Source of the DNA: Octopus bimaculoides
Taxonomy: Eukaryota
NCBI RefSeq assembly: GCF_001194135.2
Contig: NC_069002.1
Span: forward strand, 26,354,462-26,418,461
Reading direction: 5' to 3'
Length of the DNA stretch: 64,000 nt
The notes under the pieces were generated by a model, which made no database searches, was not told where the DNA came from, and saw only the letters and a list, made by a program, of their open reading frames with translations. This document shows positions 27,161 through 40,365 of this stretch, piece by piece (positions within the stretch are counted from its first letter, which is position 1; each line of letters opens with the position of its first letter). The position numbers and the translations under genes were made by a program.

Positions 27161-27602
27161 ATTTAATCTTACTCCTGATGTATATATTGGGCGCAGGTTA
27201 ACAAGCAGAAAAAGAAAACAAAAATGCCAAAAAAAAGTAAAAAAAAAGACTGCTGCTGCCGAACTGGCTTTGGTATCCAGTGCCAACATTGCAAAGAGGA
27301 TTAATATATTTATTTATCGATGAAAATAATCAAGTGTTTCAATTACTTGTGACATTTCTGCTGTAAGTAATTTCTTAACACACTTGTCTAACTCTCTTAC
27401 CAAATCTGTGGCATTTATAAAATTTTATTTCAAGTGATTTCTCTCCTCTTATAGACTTCTTACTGGCAATGGTTCTGGAATGATGGGGGGAAAAAAATAT
27501 AAATAAACGTTAATGTTTGATTTCATTTTCACTAAGCATTTGTGGCTGGCTTTCATAGAAAAGAGACACCATTGATAAAACTGTTCTTTGTCCTACTTGC
27601 AG

Positions 27603-27900
27603 TATCATCATCGTCATCATCATCATCATCATCATCGTCATCATCATCATCGTCATCATCATCATCATCATCATTTAATGTCCACTTTTCCATGCTGGCA
27701 TGAGTTGCACAGCTTGACAGTAACTGGCAAGGCCAAGGGCTGTACCAGGTTCCATAGTCTGTTTCACCATGGTTTCTACAACTGGATGCCATTCCTAATG
27801 CCAACCATTTTACAAAGTGGACTGGGTGCTTTCTATGTGGCACCAGCATCAACACCAATGCTTTTTACGTCGGCACCTTGGTTTTAGGGCATATAACTGG
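27603..27900 (-). mobile_element. RTE 3'-tail element with expanded (CAT)n
   Basis: About 70 bp of (CAT/CGT)n then ttaatgtccacttttccatgctggcatgag...ctggatgccattcctaatgccaacc. Confidence 0.85.
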
Positions 27901-28111
27901 CACTTACCGTCTCACTCCTTGATGCACAGTTTGATCTCCTCTGCACACACTTGTGATTTGAACTTAGAGTTGAGGAACGTAGCTAGAAAATATTATACCA
28001 TTTTGTTGGAACTGGCACCAGGGTCTCTAGCACCCTAGGACAGTCTTATAATGGGAGTATCATTCTCCCAGCACTACAAGGAGAACCACTTCTCCCAGTC
28101 AGTGTGCAGCC

Positions 28112-28434
28112 CAGGGCCATCTTAAGGCATTGACACACTGAGCAGTTCTAGTTTATGTATGTTTTAGCTTGCTATCAATAAACAAATGTTATAGGGCCCA
28201 GTACATTCATTTGCCTAAGGGTCTTACAGTCTGGGGTCCAATTCTAATCTGTGTATTCTGTAGCTTGCTGTCAATAAATATATACTATAGGGTCCAGTAC
28301 CCAGGGGCCTCCAGAGTCTAGGGGCCCAGTTCTAATCTATTTATGCCATAGTTTGCTGTCAATAAATGTAGACTATAGGGCCCAGTGCATTGATTTGCCC
28401 CCAGGGACCCTTTCATGCTACTAAGACAGCTTTG
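28112..28434. mobile_element. hAT-like MITE with three internal ~90-bp tandem units
   Basis: Imperfect TIRs cagggccatcttaag / ctaagacagctttg; 8-bp TSD gtgcagcc (28104-28111) vs gtgcatcc (28435-28442); units start at 28144, 28240, 28328. Confidence 0.82.
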
Positions 28435-29212
28435 GTGCATCCACTTCTTTCAGTCCTTCAATGAGAACCTCCTTCTCCAGTTCTTTTTTTTTTTTTTTTC
28501 AAGGACACCCTCACAACTGGGAAATACAGTTTCAAAATTATCGTTAGGTCACTAGTGAAACATCTCAAGCTTTGTTATTGTGTTTACCACTAAATAAATC
28601 TGTTACCGAGTAAAATATGAAATAGTCCACACCAAATCATGTGACATGTCATAACATACCCTACGAACCTCTCCCTTCTTCCTCACCCACCCATGTCCTC
28701 CATCCATGTTCTAAGAACAACCTCTTTTTATTACTAAGTGCTCATGTTTTTAATTGGGTCAAGAAATTTTGTATAAGTTATTTGTGGCTCTGCCCTCCCC
28801 CATTTTAGTGCCTTAGGTGATCACCCTCTTTGCCCAATACATAATGACATCCCCCACCACCACTACCCCATCTTACATTTAATCATGTGCTCCATTCTTT
28901 CTAGAATGGAACATTTTAAGTCCACCTCAAGTCATGATTGACCTGGGGTTTCTGCACCAGCAAAGTTGTTGTCCAAAAATGGAGTTGCTTGGGCCAGTGT
29001 TTTTTTTTTTCTTTTATATCTTAAGACAATGCAAGGTGTCCCTCTTCAGAGCACTGATGTTGTCCGAGGGGAATGGCAAGGCCAATCCAACTTTACACCA
29101 GTGTCTGACAGCAGGTATTGCTGTCAGAATGTAAAGAACCAGAATAGATATCATAAGGTATCTTGCTAGTCCCTCTAACAAACTTCCACCAATCCACTTC
29201 TCAAGATTGTTG

Positions 29213-29249
<37 letters not shown>

Positions 29250-29256
<7 letters not shown>

Positions 29257-29510
29257 TTTTTGGATTTGGTTTGCAAGATTCTTTATGTGAATTTGTGTGC
29301 TGAAGAATATTTTATTGCGTCATTTTGTTTTAGTGCCTTATTATTTAACACACGCAACGGTTCAATTTACACTCATTTACTTATTTATTTTCTTTAGAAA
29401 AAATTGATTATTTTTTCTAGAGAAAATAAATAAGTAAATGAGTGGAAATCAAACCAGTGAGTGCGTTAGATAATAAGGCACTAAAAGAGAAACACTCTCT
29501 CCAGGCACAA
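29250..29510. mobile_element. Inverted pair of a repeat embedded at (TA)n, possibly Penelope-like
   Basis: 77-bp arms 29328-29404 and 29410-29486 with 9 mismatches; class assignment is inference. Confidence 0.55.
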
Positions 29511-30651
29511 TAATATATGTATATATGCATGTGTGTGTGTGTATATATATATGTATATTTATGCATGTGTGTGTGTATATATATGTATATTTATGCATGA
29601 GTGTGTATGCATGTGTGTGTGTATGTATATCTTTTATTTTTTACTTGTTTGTCATTGGCCTGTGGCCATACTGGAGTACTATCTTGACAGGTTTTGGTTG
29701 AATAAATTGATTCCAGTACTTGTTTTTGAGTCGTCGGTGTAAACCACGATGTTCTGGTGATTTTATGAGCTAGCTTTCTTTATTTGCATTGATTTGTGAA
29801 TATACTGTTGTTTAACATTTCAATGTGGAATTGATCATGTTCGCATTAACATGTAGCATACATATTAATGTAAACATGTAATCGATTTCACATTGAAATT
29901 ATTACTGCATGAAGAAAACTGCAAAACAGCTGTAACCCTAAGGATGTGAAGTGTTTAAATAAATATAGTCATCTCTCATACCTTCTGACATTTTATAATT
30001 TATATATATTGATTAGTTATTTCTTACTTAGGTGTGCTCCACCATAGCAACAGCACCACTAGTGAGACCATTAAAAGAATAAAAGAATATAAAAAGAATC
30101 TTTTAGAATGAAATTAAGCTTTTGTGTTTAATAAATCTTTCCAAAAAGCCTTATCAAAACTTAAAGCTTTTAAACAACCTTCATTAAAGGCCATTCACTT
30201 GTCACAACACACCATTCCTATGTTCTAGAAATCCGAGACAGTTTCACCTTTTCAAGAAATCTTATATTTAATCATTCCATTTTCCTGTTCACCATTTTAT
30301 AATGTTTTATTTTTATTTGTTTTTCCTTTCATTATTCTTCGTGTTTTTCCTTTCATTATTCTTCATGTTTTTATATAAAATGTTTCACACAGAGCTACAA
30401 CAGACTAACTGTTGGAAGGCAATGATCCATTAACTAACACGATGGTATCTTCATTGTATGATATTTATGGCCAAGAAGACATCTACCTTTCAATGACTAA
30501 ATCCACCTAGCTCGAATTTGTTGCTGTTTAACCCCATCACCACAAACCAATCCTGATTAATGGCATTCCTGCCAGAACTATTTTCTGTTCTAGGTGTATC
30601 TAGGACTACGTTATTTTTTTGTGTCGTTTCTCTAAATTGAAGACTGTAGAT

Positions 30652-30899
30652 CAGGGGTTCTCACCCAGGGTTCATATGACCTTTAGGGTTCCATATAAGA
30701 TTTTGTTGTGAAAGTTTATCTGCAATAAATTACTTATCGTTCTACAATGCACAAACTATTTTAACAACTTTTTTTTAATGCAATTCCTAATAATATTCAA
30801 TCATGGAATTATAATAGGATTTTTTAAATATGGAATGGTTATAAGGGTCCACCTGAATAAAATACAGACCAAAAGTTAAAAAATGGTTAAGAAACACTG
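30652..30899. mobile_element. hAT (Charlie-like) MITE
   Basis: TIRs caggggttctca / ttaagaaacactg; 8-bp TSD ctgtagat (30644-30651) vs ctgtagac (30900-30907), fitting the nTnTAGAn target preference. Confidence 0.85.
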
Positions 30900-31773
30900 C
30901 TGTAGACCATGGACCATTTTTTGCTGGGAATCTGTGTATATTGAAATCTGATTGATGTGAATTAGAGTTGAAGGATCTCATTATGACAAGGCTTTGTTTC
31001 CTCAAGAGGTGGCTACACTGTCAATCATCACTTACTGCCCTACAATGTTGGGAAGTCAGGAAGTCGCAAAATAACAGAAGGGATAAAAGAACCAGCATTT
31101 CGGCCTGCTCACACGAAAGGTGTGGCACTCCTGTTCTTCTCACGTCTTCACCTTCTTTTTGTTTGTGTTCTCCTCCTCCTGCACTGACACCACCACCACT
31201 ACTGCTACTACTACTTTGTCAGATCCTTTCAGAGTGCAGCATGGCAAAGCCAGCCCCTGTGGCACTGCCAGTTTCTCACTGTGGCTGTCCTTGTTGCTCA
31301 GCGTTTTCTCTCTCAACTCCCAAACTCCAAAGTAGACAAAGCAAGCAGCTATTGCAAACAGCAGCAGGAGTACTGTGAATTTGGTGTGCGTTTAATTCAA
31401 TTTTGTAAAATTTAGGTTCAATTCCTGCTATGAATTAATTTATCTTTATGATGACACAGTCTCCTATTTCAAGGTAGATTTATCTTTCGTCAGCCTCAAA
31501 CTATGGAGTCTATGAGTTAAGCAACTGACCTTTGGCTTTTTGTGATTAAGAAAGGATTAACTTGTTATTTTTGTAGAAAGAGGTACTGGGGTAGGGGTGT
31601 GGTTTAAGAAGCTAAGTTGGCACTCACATGGGTTTGTGTTCAATCCTGCTGCATGCCACCTAGGGGTGGGGTTTTCTACTATACCATCAGGCTAGTTGCT
31701 GTCTTGTGGATGGATACGGTAGATAGGAACTGAGTGGAAGTACATTGTATTATTTATATACATATATAGATAG

Positions 31774-31825
<52 letters not shown>

Positions 31826-32378
31826 NNNNNNNNNNNNNNNNNNNNNNNNNNNNNNNNNNNNNNNNNNNNNNNNNNNNNNNNNNNNNNNNNNNNNNNNNNN
31901 NNNNNNNNNNNNNNNNNNNNNNNNNNNNNNNNNNNNNNNNNNNNNNNNNNNNNNNNNNNNNNNNNNNNNNNNNNNNNNNNNNNNNNNNNNNNNNNNNNNN
32001 NNNNNNNNNNNNNNNNNNNNNNNNNNNNNNNNNNNNNNNNNNNNNNNNNNNNNNNNNNNNNNNNNNNNNNNNNNNNNNNNNNNNNNNNNNNNNNNNNNNN
32101 NNNNNNNNNNNNNNNNNNNNNNNNNNNNNNNNNNNNNNNNNNNNNNNNNNNNNNNNNNNNNNNNNNNNNNNNNNNNNNNNNNNNNNNNNNNNNNNNNNNN
32201 NNNNNNNNNNNNNNNNNNNNNNNNNNNNNNNNNNNNNNNNNNNNNNNNNNNNNNNNNNNNNNNNNNNNNNNNNNNNNNNNNNNNNNNNNNNNNNNNNNNN
32301 NNNNNNNNTATATATATATAAATAATATATATATATATGCATATATACATATGTACATGTACATACTTACATCTATAC

Positions 32379-32413
<35 letters not shown>

Positions 32414-32414
32414 T

Positions 32415-32607
32415 ATGTGGGCATAGGACGTCGTGTACAACAAAAAAATACGAAGTACAAGTACATGGAATATGAACTATTTTGTTTGAACAATGAAAGA
32501 CACAAATCGAAAACAAGACAAACAATATAAACAACGACCCTTCATCAGTTGTTGGCTGTTTCTCTACTCGTATTTCAAGCATTTAACAACAATATACATT
32601 TTCAATA

Positions 32608-32610
<3 letters not shown>
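32415..32610. repeat. Unclassified repeat remnant between TA/CT microsatellites
   Basis: CpG-retaining segment with cccttcatcagttgttggctgtttc, bounded by simple repeats on both sides. Confidence 0.4.
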
Positions 32611-32675
<65 letters not shown>

Positions 32676-33334
32676 CACACACGCATACACACACACACAC
32701 AGATATATGGCAGGGGAAACAAACACCAAGAAACACACACATGCGTGAATATATTATCATCGTCATTTAATGGAAAACGGATGTTAAATGATAATGTATA
32801 TTTATGTTTGTGTTTGTTTCCCCTCCCATTGCTTGACACCTGTGTTGGTTTATTTATGGCCCTATAACTTAGCAGTTCAGCAAAAGAGATCAAGAGAATA
32901 AATACCAGACTTTAAAAACAAAAAAAAAAAAAGAATTCTTAATTCCTGGGGTCGATTTGTGTGATTAAGCTCATCAAAGTGATGCCCCATCATGGCTGCA
33001 GCCCAGTGACTGAAACAAGGAAACAAAAAGAAAAAAGAAAGAAAAAAAGAAAGAAAGCACATAAACGTTGTGACAAGTGATTGGCATATGTTTTGTCAAT
33101 GATGTAAAGGAACAGCAGACAGCATTAAACTGTGTAAGGAACCAAGATTAATTGTTGTTAACAAGATTGTAAGTTTTCAGTTGATTTAACCACATCTGAC
33201 CAAAACACACTTTGTCCATTCGCTATTCCACATCCACTGCTACTACAACAGTCTTTTCACTCTTCCTATTGCATCTTTACGGCAAGTGGCTTTCTTCTGT
33301 GGAGTTCAGCAGTTACAAACCACCTCAGCCTTTA

Positions 33335-33640
33335 TATGGCTGTCATGTGGATGGCTTTATTATCATTGTGGTTAGGGTATTTGGCTCACAATCATAAGGT
33401 TGTGAGTTCAATTCTCGGTGATGCATTATGTCCTTTATTTCACTTTGCTCCAGTCCACTCAGCTGGCAAAAGGGTCAGCATTGTTACATTCTGTGTCATG
33501 CTGAATCTCCTCAAGAAGTACGTTATGCGTATATGTGTCTGTGGAGTGCTCAGCCACTTGTACATTAATTTCATGAACAGGCTGTTCCATTGATTGGATC
33601 AACTATAATCTTCGTTGCTGTAAGTAACAGGAATGCCATT
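33335..33640 (+). mobile_element. CORE-like SINE with a second body domain
   Basis: tRNA-like head, CORE-like segment, then gctgaatctcc...gtggagtgctcagccacttg...aggctgttcc; related pieces at 43040-43246 and 63420-63560 (-). Confidence 0.75.
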
Positions 33641-34159
33641 ATAAGTACGGAATGCTGTTGCTGGCTGCGTGAATTATAACTGAACCAAACTCACAGACAT
33701 TTGGCTTTGATGTTTATTGCCCGGCATGACATTGTGTTGGCTAATTACTATAAAACAGGATTAATATTTGCTGACAGGGAGGAAAGAAAACTCCTCTGCA
33801 AATGTAGAAAGTCATTTGTGGTATATTGTGTGATGTGTCCAAGCACCGGGAGTTGTCTGTGCAAAAGTCTGAGGCAGTCCATGCCATTGGTGGTCTGTCG
33901 GCAGTCTGGCAAGTGGTCAGGCATGTGAATCAGTTGGCCACTTGCAACACTCTGCAATGAGTTAAATGCCAAACTGTTTTTATAGGGAACAAAAGGTTAA
34001 ATTCTAGAACATTTGAGAAAGAAATATCATATTGGTTGCTTGATATATAAATCAATCACGTGAAATTGTGGTGACTCACTTCAGGTGCTTGACCATGTAT
34101 CTAGTATTTTGGGTTCAAATCCCCATTACAGGACTTTCATCAATTAAAGCTACTCATTC

Positions 34160-34195
<36 letters not shown>

Positions 34196-34665
34196 GCTTG
34201 GGCAAGATTTTTATTGGGTGATTAGCAGTTGCCTATGCATGCAAATCTTCCCTCCAAGGCACTGATGTTTATCTAAGCCAATGGCTTTCAGCTTGAGCTG
34301 AGCAGAGCCTGGCACCAGTGTTGCCACAGGCATTACTGTTAGAATACAAGGATCTGAAACAAATATCATAAGACATCTCAGTGAATCCTTTAACAGTTCT
34401 ACCAATCCACTGGAGTGGTGGTAGAATGGCACTTCATTGGAGTGGGACTTCATTGCAATGGTACTTTGGTTTATTGATTGCCAAAAGGATAAAAGGCCAA
34501 GTTGACCTTGGCTGGATTTGAACCCAGAATGCAGAGAGTCAAAACAAATACCACAAGACATTTCACACAACACCCACAATAACGCTGCCAAGTTAGTACC
34601 GTTTACCTAACACTATCAATTACAACTGTCTCTTTCTCTCCTGCCCTCTCACTCTTCCTCTGTTT

Positions 34666-34697
<32 letters not shown>

Positions 34698-35279
34698 CTC
34701 TTTCTCTCCCTCTCCCCTTTCTCTTTCTCTCTCTCTCTCTCATCCCCCACCCTCACATTTCTATTTTGTTTTTCTTTCTCACAGTCATCAACTTGCTATT
34801 CATTCTGATCATCAATCTCATCATTCAGACCAATCTTGGAGGAACTGCATCAGCCATAAACTCTTCTTCCTGACTCTAACCATTCCTCACTCCACTTCCT
34901 GCCCGAGATCTTTAAAGATGCAGATGCCCAGCAGAACCTTTGTTGATGAATTTAATTCATTCTTGAAGGTCGTTTGTCACCTGAAATATTCATAAGCCAA
35001 AACTATTTCTCTCAGAGGAAATTCAAAACCTGGTATGACAAATTCAAGCAGGGATTTGCCCCGGGTGAAAGTTAGACACCAACTGAGGCTCTCCTGTTGA
35101 TGCTCCCAGCTTCTTGTTAACTGTTGTTGCCAGCTTGTTCGTTCATTACTTGAGGCACCGTTTGTCACGCGAGCACTTTTGTTTCTCTGAAAAATTGTTC
35201 ATAAACTGATTTGTTCTTGATAAGAAGCATTCTTAAACTGGGATTTCACTGTATAATGTTTGTTTTTATTCCTATTTAT

Positions 35280-35660
35280 ATCTAAAAGACAAATAGTGCT
35301 GGCGAAATATGCATTCTCAAAATTGTATAACATCTTAAGAAACTGTACACGGAGCATCAAAGCCAGGATCTGCGTATTGAAGTGCTATGTCTACTTTGTG
35401 TTAATGTATGGAAGTGAGACAAGGTCTATAAGATCAGAAAATGAGAAGGTGCTTGAAGAGCTGGAAAATGCGGTTCTTAAGGAGAATATTAAGGATAGCA
35501 TGAACAGATAAAGGGTTTAAGGAAGAAGGGATGACCCAGGTTGCAGTTCTTAGGATACTGCTTTGGGAGATAAGGGCCAAACAACTGAGATATCTTGGTC
35601 ATGTGATGGGGAAAGAGGGTCTGGAGAATTTAGAGATGACCAGAAAGAGGGCCTGGAGAA
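35280..35660 (+). mobile_element. RTE-clade LINE fragment (post-RT region)
   Basis: LAKYAFSKLYNILRN...VLMYGSET, then QLRYLGHVMGKEGLENL after frameshifts. Confidence 0.85.
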
Positions 35661-37074
35661 TTGTGGCAGGACCTGATCACCAATGTCCTTCATTCTGAAT
35701 GTGTCACCGAAAAGAAGAAAAAAAATCTATTTATGTCACTATTTACATTTATAGCTGCTGCAGGTTGAGCCATGTGGTTAAAGAGTTTGTTTAGCAACCA
35801 TGTAGTTTCAGGGTTGATCCCAGTGTGGCACACCTTGGGCAAGTATCTTCTGTCATACCCTTGGGTTGTCTGACAGCTTGAGAGTGGAATTTGGGAGATG
35901 GAAACTATGTAGAAGACTTAATCTGTGGCCTAGTTTAATATTCTTGCAACAGAACAGACTCTACTAAGGGCATCCAGGGACCACTATAACCTAGCTCTTG
36001 GGTGCCTTCAGCAGCATTTGTTTTGGGACTTTGGTTTGAGGATAACTTTCTCCTCCTCTCCCTCTCTCTAGTCTTGAAGCCCCTGGAAAAAAGTTGCAGG
36101 TATTCTCAGTTCCTTTTTTTGATTGAGCCCTTAAAAAAAAATAAAAGAAAAAAATGTGAAGCTTAAAATGAATTAAAGTTACCCAATCATTTGTGACCTT
36201 CAACTTTGAAATGGATTTAAAGCGATGACAAATATCTTAGACATGAAGTGTGGAACAGAAGCATGTTTTAGAATTCGTCTGTGAGAAACATGTAGATCTA
36301 TTTTTTGCTGTTGTTGTTGCTGTTGCTGTTAACTTTCTCTCCTCACTCACAAGTAATGCTAATTAACTGACTACATCAGCTGGTTTTGGAACTCTGGTTG
36401 TAGTCTAAGAGTTGTAATTAATTGAATGGTAGAAGGAAGAAAAATAAAAGAAAACAAAAAAAAACAAAAAAAATAGCCTGTTAATCAAAAGAATTGTTTA
36501 ACTAAAATGAACCAACAGTGTATAATATTCTGATCTATCTAACTTGGTGTAAGTATATTAATGGAATATTACAGTGGCTGAGAGAAAACTTGTCTTAGAA
36601 GTCAGATGGCGGCAGTTATAATAGAGGAACTGATGATGAGGTATTCAAAGTTCTGACAAAGAAAATAGATTCCATTAATACCATATTAGACATTAATGGC
36701 ATTAGAAATTTCCTTTTTTTTTTTATTTGTTTTTCTTTACCATGATTTCTAACTACACACATACTCTGCCCTGCCCCCACCCCAATTGCATTAGTAATAA
36801 TCCCCTTGACTGACCCCCCACCGCTCCACCCCCTTAACTCTTCTTATTTTACTACGCATTCAAAGAGGGCATGCTGGCAGAATTGTTAGCGCATTGGGCC
36901 AAATGCTTAATGCCTTTTCATCCATTTTTATGTTCTGAGCTCAAATCCTGCCAAAGACAACTTTGTCTTTCATTCTTGCCGAGTTGATAAAATAAGGACC
37001 AGTTGAGCACAGCTGTGCCTATAGTAGAAAGGATTATCATTATATTATTATTATTATTATTGTTATTATTATTG

Positions 37075-37312
37075 AAGGTGGTGAGCTGGCAGAATCATTA
37101 GCACATCGGGTGAAATGCTTAGTGGTATTTCGTCTGCTGCTATGTTCTAAGTTCAAATTCCTCCACGGTCGACTTTACCTTTATCAATATACCTTTATCA
37201 ATTTATCAATCCTTTCAGGGTTGATAAATTAAGTACCATTTGCGTACTGGGGTCGAAGTAATCGACTGGCCACTTCTCCAAAAATTTCAGGCCTTGTGCC
37301 TAGAGTAGAAAA

Positions 37313-37374
<62 letters not shown>

Positions 37375-37567
37375 TATTATTATTATTAAGGTGGTGAGCT
37401 GGCAGAATCATTAGCACATCGGGTGAAATGCTTAGTGGTATTTTGTCTGCTGCTACGTTCTAAGTTCAAATTCCTCCAAGGTCGACTTTACCTTTCATCC
37501 TTTCGGGGTAGATAAATAAAGTACCAGTTGTGTACTGGGGTCAATCTAATAGACTGCCCCCCCCCTC
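37075..37567 (+). mobile_element. Tandem pair of family B SINEs separated by (ATT)n
   Basis: Copies at 37075-37320 and 37388-37567 share variants (catcgggtgaaatgcttagtgg, ttctaagttcaaattcctcca) absent from other copies here. Confidence 0.85.
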
Positions 37568-39826
37568 NNNNNNNNNNNNNNNNNNNNNNNNNNNNNNNNN
37601 NNNNNNNNNNNNNNNNNNNNNNNNNNNNNNNNNNNNNNNNNNNNNNNNNNNNNNNNNNNNNNNNNNNNNNNNNNNNNNNNNNNNNNNNNNNNNNNNNNNN
37701 NNNNNNNNNNNNNNNNNNNNNNNNNNNNNNNNNNNNNNNNNNNNNNNNNNNNNNNNNNNNNNNNNNNNNNNNNNNNNNNNNNNNNNNNNNNNNNNNNNNN
37801 NNNNNNNNNNNNNNNNNNNNNNNNNNNNNNNNNNNNNNNNNNNNNNNNNNNNNNNNNNNNNNNNNNNNNNNNNNNNNNNNNNCGTTATTATTGTCATTAT
37901 TAAGATTGCAAACTGGTGGAACTGGAAGCATGCTTGGCCAAATTCCTAGCACCATTTTGTCTGTCTTCATGTTCTGAGTTTGAATTGCACCATGGCCAAC
38001 TTTACCTTTCATTTTTTGGGGGTCAATAAAATAAGTATGTATGGTGGGCTTCAACATAGTTTCCATCTACCAAATTATTTCAGAAAATAACTGGTCAACT
38101 TGGAGCTATAACAGTAGAAAATAATTGCTCAAGGTGCTGTGCAGTGGGACTGAACCTGGCACCATGTTGTTACAAAGAGAGTTTCTTAGCCATGCAGCCA
38201 TGCCTGCACATATTGTTGTCTGCTGTCAGACAGATTTGAACCAGTGCTGTTTAGCAGAAGAAATGATTGTGGAAATTACTTATCTATCATGAGGACAATA
38301 TTGAATAATTGAAGAGATAAATGAATGCTTTTGTGGCCTTGAATGGTAAAAGTAGGTCTGACATGACAATCACGAATTTTAAAAACACATTGATCTTAGT
38401 AATCAGGATTGGAAGCAATAAAACAACATATAAGAATAACGAATTGCTAAGTTGACTTTTGATTAAGCAGTTCAAATGTTTTATTCATTTCAATCTGTTA
38501 TAACTTTCAATGGTTCTGACAAGCAGTCTTGACATTTTCGCATTTGGCACCCCACAGTCATATCTCATTCACAGATTGCAAGAAATAAATGATGATTACA
38601 GAGTTTAGCTATTGCATTTCTGAAGAACTGCTTCCAGCTGCTTTCTGCTTCTTCATTTCATCCGGGTTTCTTGACAGTATTTGCATATATTAATTAGCGT
38701 TAATTAATTATGTCTGTGAATGGTTGGGTGGTAAAGGAGTTCAATTTGCAACTATGTGGTTTTGGGGTTCAATCCCGCTGCTCAGTATTTTGGGCAAGTG
38801 TCTACCATCATTACCCTGGGGCCCCACCACTGCCTTGAGAGAGAATTTGAGAAACTGAAAGAAGCCTTTCATATCTCTGTATATGTATGTATGTGTGTAT
38901 GTTTATGCATTTGAGTGTGTTTGTATTTCTTTGTCCAGATGTTGTCTGCAAATTGTAAGCAAACATGCATCATACAAAAAGTATACACACACACACACAC
39001 ACACACATACACATAGCTTTTACTTGTTTCAGTCATTGGAATATGGCCATGCTGGGGCACCACCTTGAAGGGTTTTAGTTGAACAAATCAAACACAGTAC
39101 TTACTTCTGCAAATCTATTTAAATCGGCTCGTATATATGCGGTAAATTAGTTTTCTATCTGCAACTTGTTAACACATTTCCGACTAAAAATATATTACAA
39201 AATGATTTATTGAACATTGGAATTTGGCAAACATAAATAAGTAAATACTAATCTAGATTTGAAAATTTTATTTTTTTATTATTTTTTTATTTATTTATTT
39301 ATTTATTTTTCTGTCTTACCATTTCTTATCAAACAAATTCAATTAGAAACAAAATTTATTACCATGTGACACTGAAATATTTCAAATTTCATAATTAGTT
39401 TTGCGTTATTTAAGAAATTTGTGAAATTGAATATGAAGTTTTAGAATAAAAATATCAAAATTAATTCTGTGATTGCGTATATATAATTTGTGTGTGTGTG
39501 CGTGAGGATGTATATGTGTATAGACAAAGTTATCAGAGTTTGGCATAAAACTCTGGAATCGTTCATTTCAAGATTTCATTCCCATCTGATACATATTCAA
39601 TTATTTATCGCTATATGATATATATATATATATATATATATCAATCAATGTACATATATACGTATATATTATGTGCTGACTTACTTTGGATATTTCAATT
39701 TATTTAGTTATATTTCAAACTATCTGTTCTTCACACAGAGATGCAACTAGTTTTGATAATACATATATGATATACACCTCACAAACACTGGGTATAACTA
39801 AAATAAATATGAATTGAAATGTACTC

Positions 39827-39864
<38 letters not shown>

Positions 39865-39989
39865 AAGGTAAACACATTATCATGGTATCCCTCTCTATTA
39901 CTGAAAATGGTTCGGCACTTCTCTCCCTCTCTTTTGCTGGGGCAATTTTCCAGCCAGACTGAAGAAGNNNNNNNNNNTGCTGGGGCAAT

Positions 39990-40365
39990 TTTCCAGCCAG
40001 ACTGAAGAAGACATAGTGTTGGAATGGTGAGGTAAACAGACTACATGAAAGCAAAGCTTGAAAAGACTGAGGGGGGGGGGGGGGAATGGACAGAAAAGAA
40101 TTATACCAGGTGCACCAAAGTTATGGAGAGAGAGTTATAGATTTATTAGCAAGATAGCAGTTTGGTTTTGTGTCATGAAGAATTACTATTGTTACCATCT
40201 TCTAGTGAGACAACTGCAGGAGAGGTACTTAGCTAAGAGTCAGCTGCTTTCATTAGCATTCACTGACCTGGCAAAAGCCCTCAACAGAGTCTCTCACTCA
40301 GTGAACTGGTGGTTGCTGCAGAAGCCGAGAGCAGATGATTGGCTTGTAAGAGCCATCTATTCATA
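39990..40365 (+). mobile_element. RTE LINE fragment
   Basis: LLVRQLQERYLAKSQLLSLAFTDLAKALNRVSHSVNWWLLQK, homologous to 48600-48760 (-). Confidence 0.82.

Noticed and set aside
27091-28434. Regularly spaced short repeats (CRISPR-like appearance; also 58003-58104)
   Set aside because: Head-to-tail diverged units without unique spacers, in eukaryotic context with no cas genes
32535-32600. CTGATGA and GAAA...GTA on the minus strand suggesting a permuted hammerhead
   Set aside because: Stems I and II cannot be formed in any permutation; at most a remnant
34780-35250. Unique moderate-GC segment that looks coding
   Set aside because: Every frame is interrupted within about 75 codons, no recognisable domain and no convincing splice-site pair
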